A DNA stretch of 44,666 nt, counting the filler, from Catajapyx aquilonaris (lineage: Eukaryota): assembly GCA_000934665.2 (NCBI GenBank). It is 2 parts of 2 records of this genome, joined end to end, with 100 filler letters (N's around TTAATTAATTAA, not from the genome) between each part and the next. Parts side by side here need not be neighbours in the genome. Positions count along the whole stretch, not along the records: positions 1 to 22,242 come from JYFJ02005906.1; 1 more part is not named here. One strand, written 5' to 3'. The position numbers were made by a program, and so were the translations under genes. The first letter of the stretch is position 1, and every line of letters starts with the position of its first letter. This document shows positions 1 through 9,006 of this stretch, piece by piece. Below the pieces are notes generated by a model. The model was not told the origin of the DNA. It was given only the letters and a program-made list of their open reading frames with translations, and ran no database searches.

Positions 1-262
1 GTCTTTCGCACATTTTTTTTTTTTTTTGCAATTAATTGATGGGAGATTCCATGACAGAGCATGCAAAATAAAATTCAAAGTATGTTCACCCCCAATTTTT
101 TTGATCTCAATAAAATTTGGTAGGATAATTTATCGTCCATAACGATAATAATATGAATCATTTTAAAAATTTTAAAAATTTAAATTTTAAGGGTCATTAG
201 GACACGTGCAATCAGTGGCTGATCCATAGGTTTTTTCTTCATTTTTTTTCCATTCACTTATC

Positions 263-533
263 GCGTTTGGTGGCGCCGCGCCGTGGCGGAGTGGTTAGCG
301 CCACAGCCTTCTACCTCTAAGATCCCGAGTTCGATCCCCGGGTCGCGCAGAGGATACTAATGTGGATGGAGTTTAGATAGGTTCTCTCCGTGTTCGCGTG
401 GGTTTTCTCGGGGTCCTCCCGTTTCCTCCCGTAATCAAAATCCATCAAACGCAGACAATGATTAAAGTCGGTTCACGAAAAGATGATCCCCTAAGAGGCC
501 CAAGGAGGCCTATTACGGGGTATTCATTATTAA
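263..533 (+). mobile_element. tRNA-derived SINE with V-SINE-like central domain
   Basis: A box (tggcggagtgg) and B box (gttcgatcccc). Core 'tggagtttagataggttctctccgtgttcgcgtgggttttctcggggtcctcccgtttcctccc' resembles the V-domain from memory. 3' hairpin tail at about 488-522. 12-bp TSD cattcacttatc at 251-262 and 534-545. Confidence 0.85.
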
Positions 534-661
534 CATTCACTTATCACAATGTCTCAATCCTATACACAGAACATTATTCGCACATCAAAAGTATTGGTGT
601 GCCTTAGGGTCGTTTGTCCACGTGTGTGGTTTTACGGGTGTTTTGCCCATTTAATTACACG

Positions 662-987
662 CAGTGGCGGATTTAGGGGGGCGGGAGGGGGGCACGGTGG
701 CACGCACCCCCCCCCCCCCNCCCCCCCGTAAAAAAGCTCCCCAGAGGGATAAAAACGGGGAAAAAAGAAGAAGAAAAACGGGGGAGAAACTCGCAAAAGT
801 CCTCTTCTTTTCCGTTTTGGGCCCCGTTGGCGAGGAAGGGTTGTGACCTTGAACCGAAAAATTATCGCCTGCGGCGGGCCCTCCACGGCTCCACCCCTCC
901 CCAGGAGATATTACGTGCACCACTGACAGCGACAAATGTGGGCCCGAAGACGCCCCCCTCAGAAAAAAACCTCTGGATCGGACACTG
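662..987. mobile_element. Non-autonomous hAT-type element (MITE)
   Basis: Termini cagtggcggat...atcggacactg. 8-bp TSD attacacg (654-661) and attgcacg (988-995), one mismatch. G/C-run-rich interior. Confidence 0.75.
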
Positions 988-2411
988 ATTGCACGTGCCC
1001 TAATGACCCTTAAAATTTAAATTTTTTAAATTTTTAAAATGAATCCGCCAGAAAACGCCCCCTCCTTGCGCACCCGGCAGTATTTATTCCCCCTCGCTAT
1101 AGCACGCTTTTTTTTTTCTAAGCCTACATCAAGATCTCTTGCCTATACATTAGGTCTAATTTTTCAAGCCGAGATGATCGTACGATTCGTACCTGTTCCC
1201 GACCGTACAAGAACATTATAGGAACGTATATTTTGGTGGCTGATAGGGTCACTTGAACCGGGATGGCAGCAGATCAAACGAAAATGTTATTTTTCCCCTG
1301 AGAAGTTGGAAAATGTGCATTATTTATACAGTTTTGCCTAGATCCCCCCGGGGGAATGTTGCTCGGGTCGTGGCCATTGCCTCATCCGCCCCACCCGCCC
1401 CCCTTCCCCCCTTCCCCCCAATCACCCCAAATAAACACCTTTTCACATACACCAGACAGCGCAACGCACCTCCCACTCCCGCCCGCCTCCCAAGACCCCG
1501 ACCGTGCGGCCATGGGACCCTGGGGCCGTGGGACCGCGACCCGTGATCACAGTGCTGTGGATTCCGGAATAACGCCAAATAAACAACCGCGGTTACCTGG
1601 CAGCGCAAGGATAGCCAACACATAAACACATAAGAAAATAAACAGTGACGACAATCTTTTTGAACGTGATAGTACGTAAATGAGACAGGTTCCTAAATTT
1701 CCAAAGATTTTTCCATACTAATATTCCTGTTTTTAATGCCGAATATTTGAGGCGCTTAGAACAAAAGTGGCCCAAGTCCAACAAAATAATGCTACAAAAA
1801 TTGACCTGAAATGCCCCATGGTGGAGGCAATTCTCCTTGGAGCATAAATATGATTACTCCATCTACTGGCCAAATGTCCAAATTAGGACCTACACGACAC
1901 CAACTTTGGACCAACTTGGAGTACTTAGTCTTACTCTTATGAGCGCGATGGCTCCTTTCCTTATTTTGGCAAGAATTGCAGTTCACATAGGGTATTGACG
2001 TATTGTAACAATGGTTGGAGTAGGCCTACTTCAGGGAGTGCCGAGATCAACAATACATTGACAATACCCAACAATACAGTAGTGTATAGTCCCAAGTTGG
2101 AGACGCTGTGGGCCTTTCTGCCCTTCTTTTATCAGACTCAAATTAATGGACTACTTTTGGACTGAGTTAGCTGCTTTAGGCATGTGTTCGTGTATTTATA
2201 ACCGTGTAGTAACCCCCTATGCAGGGGAATGGAACAGTTAGCAGGGAAAATGGTACTCCCGCCCCACAATCACGTCTATTGCATTCAAATGGCACAGAAC
2301 AATTGTTTATTTAACATAATTCAACAGTATAGATTGCCACGGCAACATGCTGCCAGTTTGCCCCAGTATTATTCGGAGTATCTGAATAATACTGGGGCAC
2401 ATCTTTTTTGA

Positions 2412-3203
2412 CAACCAAAGTAACTCTTCTTACCCTCCTGAATTTTGAAAATTTTGTGATTTTCTAATTTTTATTTTTATTTTTTATTTTTTTATTTACA
2501 CCCTTGAGGCCTTCTGGCCTATGTAGGGGGGAGATTTTTCCACAATTTTCTGACTCTCCAGTGCTGGGATAGAGGGGGGACAGTGGTGCAAGTGCAATGT
2601 CTCATGGTGGAGGACGTGTGCAGTCCCTCAGAGGGCTAGGTTGACAAGAGGAGGTGCGGCGTTTGTGGGAGGTCTCTGACCCGCATCTAGAGGTAGATGC
2701 GGGTCACAGACCTCCCACAAACGCCGCACCTCCTCCAGTATGGGACAGGGATAGGAAAGGCAGGAAGCGGCTGTGGCCTACTCATTTAGGAAACAACTCC
2801 GGTATTCACCTGGGGTGACCGTGGGAAACCACAGAAAACCACGGTCAGAGTTGCCGGCCTGGGGATTCGATCCCTGGACCTCCCGATTCGCAGCCGGACA
2901 CCAAATAATCCCCTCGGCTACTGCTGCTTCGGTGTGATTTTCTAATTCTGCTTGCCCTATAGGGTTGAGAAAACATCACCTCTGCTGCTAATTTTCACGT
3001 TAGCAGGGTCAAAATGCAAGCCAAAAGGCGCAACCGGAGGCAGGTGTTGTGGATTTGGAACATCGCATTTTGGCTGTATTTTCACCCTCCAAACGTGGAA
3101 ATTAGCAGCGGAGGTGATGTTTTCTCAACACTATAGGCCAAGCAGAATTAGAAAATCCAAACATTTTTAAAATTCAGGAGGGTAAGAAGAGTTACTTTGG
3201 TTG
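2412..3203. mobile_element. Fold-back MITE (about 315 bp once the SINE is removed), unclassified DNA transposon with 3-bp TGA TSD
   Basis: Termini caaccaaagtaactcttcttaccctcctgaatttt and aaaattcaggagggtaagaagagttactttggttg. The palindrome continues inward (2948-3030 vs 3070-3150). TGA at 2409-2411 and 3204-3206. Confidence 0.8.
2470..2933 (-). mobile_element. tRNA-derived SINE (family A head, long composite body) inserted in the MITE
   Basis: On the minus strand it starts accgaagcag, with a B box, the ggttttctgtggtttccc core, a 3' hairpin and an A-rich tail. TSD tgtgattttctaatt at 2455-2469 and 2933-2947. Confidence 0.88.
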
Positions 3204-3206
3204 TGA

Positions 3207-4830
3207 GTAGAAGTACGTCTCATCCTTCCCAAATTGCATAGGAGGTCGCCTCTTGCGCTGAGGTCTGCTTGGCATCCTCCGGTCTTCACTCTGGACCTCC
3301 ATTACTGCATCTGAGGTCATGTCATCCTTCCCGTCATCAACGGTTCTGGTTGAATGAAGCTGCTGCACTCCGTTCGATGTCGTGGGTGTAACCGGTGGCA
3401 TCTCTGCTACTGGTTCATCCGACTCCTCCAGAACGTCGGGTTGGCCACCAGACTCCTCCAGTACGAATACATCTGCTTGGCCATCAGACTCAAAATCACC
3501 ATCTGCTATCCCCTTCTTCAGCTGCAGGTCGTCAACGTCCTCCCCACCTATGGGACATTTCTGCTTCGGCCTCCGCCAGTCATCCAACACCGGAAAGACG
3601 CCTGCTGCAGCCTCACTCTTACCGGCAGCATCACACACAGTTGCCATTCGCAATCTGCAGGCCTCCTGGTCTCCTGCAATGTCTTCTTGGCGCACCGTCA
3701 TCTGCAGCACCGTCGATAGGTGAGGCAATCACTCCTCGCACCTGGTCTTCTTCTCGCCCATTCATCTGCAGGCCACATGGCCTTCTATAGCATCTTCTGG
3801 ACGCACCCATGATGGTGGCACTGTTGTTAGATGCCGCACTCACCCCTTGCATCTGGGCCTTTTCTTGCCCCCAGACTTGATGATCCACCATCGCTGTAGC
3901 CTCTTCCCAGCACTGGATGTTCGTCTTTCCTTTGACGCATGGTATGGTCCCACAGGCTATCTCCACCATGGTAACAGCTCTTGTGACTCTTCTTCCACGG
4001 CCTCCAGGTATCTTCGCTGACATCCAGATTTCCTGTCGCTGGCTCCAGCAGGATCTGCCTGCTTCCTGCTAGCTCTCTGCAGCATCCTCCGGCACCTTGC
4101 ACTATGCCCTGATCTAGCCCCCTGAAGGCGCCCTCTGTCTGGAACTCCTCAGCCCCCACTTGCACTTGGCCGATCACATCATCCGCATCCCTTCCTGGGT
4201 TGGTCTCTGCTACACCCTCACACTTAACAATGGCAGCTTCTGCCTCAGGACTCTTCAGCCTCGGCCTCAAGGGTGTCCTTGCCGTCATCCATAGCATCCG
4301 TCGCTGGTTCCAGGATCTGCTGGCCCCTGGCTTGCTGCAGCATCCACTGGCACCTCTCGTGGCCTCATCCAGCCCTCCGATAGTTCAGCGCAACCCCACG
4401 GCGCCCAATGCTGGCACTCTTCGGCACTCAGCACCCTCTGTCAGCCCCACCAATCGTCCAACGACACGGTGACCCCTGCCACTTCTTCTCTCCTGGACTC
4501 CATCATGTCCCAATTCGCTGTTTCGTTGCTATGTGAGGTACACATCCATCACACTTCGGCCTCTCCTTGCCCCCCAATGCAACAGTACAGCCTTTTCCCC
4601 AATTCGACATCAGTAGCCCCATCTCTGCTGCGATGGCTTTCATCTGGCAGCCTCCAGTTGTCTTCGGTGCTGTCAACCAGACCATCGTCACTGGCTTAGG
4701 ATCTGCCGGCCCCCTTGCTCGCCGCAACACCCCTGGGCTCATCTCACTGAGCCTGCGTCTAGCCTCCTAGCCTTCTTCGGCCCTCTCCCTCTCACTCTGG
4801 CCCAGCCAGTTCCAACAATACGGTACTGTA
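3207..4830 (-). pseudogene. Decayed GC-rich retroelement-like coding remnant (possibly Ty3/gypsy-derived)
   Basis: Overlapping frameshifted minus ORFs (3192-3728, 3631-4023, 3827-4297, 4503-4742). An acidic low-complexity stretch followed by 'RRMPSRPQRKRRPPMQF' resembles basic tails seen in gypsy proteins. Internal repeat at about 4035-4125 vs 4299-4380. No RT, RNase H or integrase motif recognised. Confidence 0.4.
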
Positions 4831-5092
4831 TTTATCAATAGACCCCACCACAAGACACCACGATACACACAAAAAAGGCATTATTTTATGGTCATGTGTT
4901 TGGACTCAAAAGTGTTGAAGTGATGCGTTTATGTTCAGATTGTGTTGTTATCGTCAAATTTTTCAATTTAAAACTTTTAAATGAAACGGCGTAAAATGGG
5001 TACGTACTGTATTTGATGAGAATCCCCCTGGTTTTAATCACTTCTGCGTACATTGACTGACACCAAGTTCGACATATGTACTCGACACTATA

Positions 5093-5666
5093 CAGGGTGT
5101 TAATGAATTCAATCGACAAACTTGTAGGGGTAATAGAGGGGACCATGGAGGGGACCAAGACAAACATTTTTGACATAGGAAACCGTGCCCGGAAACGCCA
5201 TCTAGAGGGGGTTCATAGACAAGGAACGGGTGCACTCATACGCGTCACGCGAGAGGCGCTAGTCGAGCGGACTGTTTTGTTGATAGTTGGCGCTCGGATA
5301 GTAACCAACGATGCGATGTGCCATAACGTGGCAACAACAGAGTCATCTAGCAACTGAAGTCCACCTCCTAGGAGACGCGCGGATAGTCAACAGCGGTTCT
5401 GTTGTTGCCAGGTTATGGCGTATCGTGTTGTTGTTTACTTACGACGACGCAATACACCATAACCTGGCAACAACTGCGCGCCATCTATCAACAAAACAGT
5501 CCGCTCGACTAGCGCCTCTCGCGTGACGCGTCTGAGCGCACCCGTTCCTTGTCTATGAACCCCCTCTAGATGGCGTTTCCGGACACGGTTTCCTATGTCA
5601 AAAATGTTTGTCTTGGTCCCCTCTATTACCCCTACAAGTTTGTCGATTGAATTCATTAACACCCGG
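5093..5666. mobile_element. Tc1/mariner-type fold-back MITE
   Basis: TA|cagggtgttaatgaattc ... gaattcattaacacccgg|TA with about 190-200 bp inverted arms. The left arm has a 12-bp internal duplication. The centre holds three copies of a ccataac(c/g)tggcaacaac motif in both orientations. Confidence 0.9.
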
Positions 5667-5882
5667 TATATACAGGTTTACTACTATAAATTAATAAATA
5701 ACATATTTTTAAATCTGCGTACGTAAGGCAAAGTTTCTTTTTTTTTGTTTGCCCATGGCAACGGGATTTTGTTGGTGATTACCATGGAAACAGGCTGTGT
5801 GAAGAATGGGTTCTGCTGTTAGTCATGCATAAAGGATGGTAGAAACTAGCCTTTGGAATACCAAGTTTGTCATATTTCACAA

Positions 5883-5888
5883 TTTATT
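5883..5888 (-). promoter_or_regulatory. Candidate polyadenylation signal of OLA1
   Basis: AATAAA on the minus strand about 195 nt downstream of the OLA1 stop codon. Confidence 0.4.
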
Positions 5889-6081
5889 CCTTCAACGCAC
5901 AGAGACTTTACAACAAGTCCAATGGGTGTTTTAGCAGTGTTTGAAAGATCTCACGGCAAAAAAGACTGAAGTGTACCAAATGCAAAACAGCCCAAGACAA
6001 AGAGGACCAGTATTGAAAACATCAGAAGTTAGTGGTATTAATTTTTTTTTGCCAGGCTTCCAATGAAGTGGGTTCAGGTGG

Positions 6082-6192
6082 TCACTTCTTTTTGGGATCC
6101 TTCAAACCGGCACCGGCATTGAACTTGAAGAGAATGATGTCTCCATCTTCCACTGTGTAGTTGCGTCCCTGTTGTCGGTATTTTCCAGCAGC
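6082..6192 (-). CDS. OLA1: Obg-like ATPase 1, last coding exon (TGS-domain end)
   Basis: After tttgtag it translates [36 protein letters not shown], the recognisable OLA1/YchF C-terminus. Confidence 0.96.
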   Translation of the reverse strand, partial: AAGKYRQQGRNYTVEDGDIILFKFNAGAGLKDPKKK

Positions 6193-6247
6193 CTACAAAA
6201 TAATGATGTTATAACCTTGCACAATCATTTTTGTATTACATCGTAAC

Positions 6248-6370
6248 CTTCACTCCAGCTTCTGTTCCTTCCTCCTTGAAGTCATCATACTTCATCACTT
6301 CAGCCATGATGAACCCTTTTTCAAAGTCAGTGTGAATTTTCCCAGCAGCCTGTGGAGCCTTTGTTCCTTT
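6248..6370 (-). CDS. OLA1: Obg-like ATPase 1, penultimate exon
   Basis: ttttag|[41 protein letters not shown]|gt. 123 nt, phase 0/0, followed by a 55-nt intron (6193-6247). Confidence 0.96.
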
Positions 6371-8909
6371 CTAAAAATCAAAATTAAACAAAAATTAAAC
6401 AATTTCACTTTAACATTCACAGAGGGAACCTCCTTCTAAGTCCACAAAAAATGACAGCATGCAAATAGAGTGCTTGCTCAAATGTCAGTTGACGGAATAA
6501 TTCAGGGCATAAGGTCATGAGTCTCCCCTATTTCAGGGGACATGCAAAGTTCTTTGAAGGGATTAATGCTCTGCAGGTTCGGTAAACTGTCACGACCTAC
6601 GACACATGTCACAGTGCACCACCATCGTTACACAGACTGGGGGACCCATAGAGTCTGGATTCCTCTTAGCTTGGATTACCTCCTTTATATTCACATTTGA
6701 AATATTAAGCGGCAACATAAGAGATTCAAAGGGGGACGATCTGCCTGTCAGAAATGGGGCTGAGTTGAACCAACCCAAGACTGGCATCAAGAGGTCATGT
6801 CAACTATTGCATACAGATGGAAAGTGCGGCTCAGAAAAGCAGGTGCATGCAAATTCAATTTTGGGGCCCGGATTTCTCATAATACTAGTGACTTCATAGT
6901 GGTCGAAATTGAAGTTTTGTAAATGGAGCATGACACTGATGATACCATAAGAAATCAAATGGAAGCTATTGTAATGCCAAATGCAAATAATCAACCACAT
7001 TGTTTAAGTAATAGTTTTAATTCATAACATCCCATCTTCAAGCCCCAGCAAAAACTGAGCCCTTTCACATCAATAAGCCGGAACATAAATTACAGTGCAA
7101 GCATATGCCAGACTCGAATCAGCATGCACACTTATTGCAGCAGGCAACAAAAGGTTAGCAAATGAATGTACTTGACGCATGTCGCAACGGCTCAAAGACC
7201 TAAATTATTCAACAAGCCCTTCAATTCTGCTAGCCGGACCAAAAATAATTCAAGTATACGCCAGGTTATTGAGCCCCGCAATTGAAGGCCTGCCAAATGG
7301 CCATCACGTCCACTGACATTGGCCAATTCAGAATGACAACATGTCTTTGTCCACTCTACAACCCGGAACTAGAACTTGTCCCTTCTCCATCGATAATAAA
7401 ATCCGGTTAGAATGAGTTCCTTCCTGGAGGCCAATCTATCTGAGAATTTCCCAGTTTTCCCCTCCTCTTGGTCCATCACAAGTCCTTCAAATTGCCCTCG
7501 TGAAGAAGGGGAGGGCTTTAGAGAAAGGGAGGTCAAATTAACCCCCTCTACCCCTCATCAGCGGTATTCACATGCAAATTCCAGTTATTCGCCAGTGCAT
7601 CTCAAATTGGGCCAATTTTCTCCGTCAGCCAGCCAGACAGCCCGCCGAATTTAAGCGCGGTCTCCTTTTAACCTCTCTTCAAGCGCTCCCTACTTTTTCC
7701 TCCCCTTCTTCTTCATCCCATCCTTCCCCAAGGGGGTGCTCATCCAGGACCTGAGATAACTTTAAAACTGAAGATACCAGACAACTGGCTAACAATATTG
7801 TCACTTGCAAAGAATTGGAATATAGGTCAAAACATTAAATAATATCTGTGGACTGACTTTGTGACAAGTTGATGGTGTCACAAAGTCACCCCACAAAACT
7901 ACGAAATTAACCTAACACCATCGTATCTTCTACAAAACAAGTTCAGTCTTGCACCATCTTTTATCATTTCTTAGACAGTGTATTTATCTTCCAAAAAATC
8001 TACATGTTTTACTCTCTTCGCACCTGTACCAATGGGCCTTAGGGAAAGTAGTCGAAGACAACAAACCTCGCAGTTTGCAAACTTGGAATGTGACTGCCAA
8101 CAATGCACGAGGTATATGAACTTTTCAAACTGGCCTCTAGGTGGCTCCACATCCACAGCCATATACAAGGACCAGTTTCAATCAAAAAGCTTTCAAAAAA
8201 TACTGGCGCGAGATTTGAAACAAGACTGTCAAATCAAGTGAGCATGGTTAGAGTAGACTTTTTCATATTTACTATTGTCCCCCAACGTCAGTCACGGGAC
8301 TGGGAGGGGGGAAAAGGGTGATCTGGGGGAGGGGGCGGTTAGGGGACTGGGAGGTCAGGGGGAAAGGACGGTCTGAGAAGAATGACGAGTGGTCAGGGGG
8401 AGGGGCTGGTGGGGAATGGAGCAGCCAGGGGGCTCGAAAAAAGTCTTATAGCACGGATCTGCCTGACTGATAATGTCACAAAGTCATCCCATCCTACGGT
8501 ATATTATATTCTATGAATAAGCGGCAATAACTAGGTCTAGTTGTTTTAAAACCACCAGAACTAATTCTGGCCGTTTCCCGCTGCTCAATTAATGTTATCG
8601 GGATTTGCGCGTACCATGTACAGTGCAAGTGATATGAATGTATGGTCCTTTGAATAGGTCAACGATTTGGAACAATAGTGCGTTGGTTGTTGCATGTGCG
8701 GAAAATTGCCGTAGGGCCTCTCCCATTCAAGTTCAGCTGTCAAAGTACTGTGGCCTCCGGATTTTCTCATGAATATGTAATTGCAGCAAAATGCTTTAGA
8801 AGAAAATTAATCTACCGGAACAGTATTTTCTAAATAATCTACAGGGTGGTCCTAAGTGAAGCACGCGACTATTTCAACCTCATGCATACTCCACAACATG
8901 AATACTCAC

Positions 8910-9006
8910 TAGTATGGTCCAAGCTTTGACTTCATCATGTCCAGACGTAAAGAAGTACACAAGTTGTAGAGCCTTGTAACCTTGAACGATGATCTTATCC
9001 AGAGCA
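8910..9006 (-). CDS. OLA1: Obg-like ATPase 1 internal exon
   Basis: tttcag|(S)[32 protein letters not shown]|gtgagt. 97 nt; phase matches its neighbours. Confidence 0.95.

Larger units (their letters stand above)
155..1045. repeat. Inverted-repeat pair (about 83-bp arms at 155-237 and 962-1045), probably arms of a fold-back DNA element
   Basis: gaatcattttaaaaatt...gggtcattaggacacgtgcaatcagtggctgatccatagg is the near-exact reverse complement of cctctggatcggacactgattgcacgtgccctaatgaccc...aaaatgaatc. Confidence 0.8.

Noticed and set aside
5076..5662. Mirror-image ORFs on both strands (also 32628-32937 and 19496-19711)
   Set aside because: By-products of palindromic MITEs, with no protein motifs.
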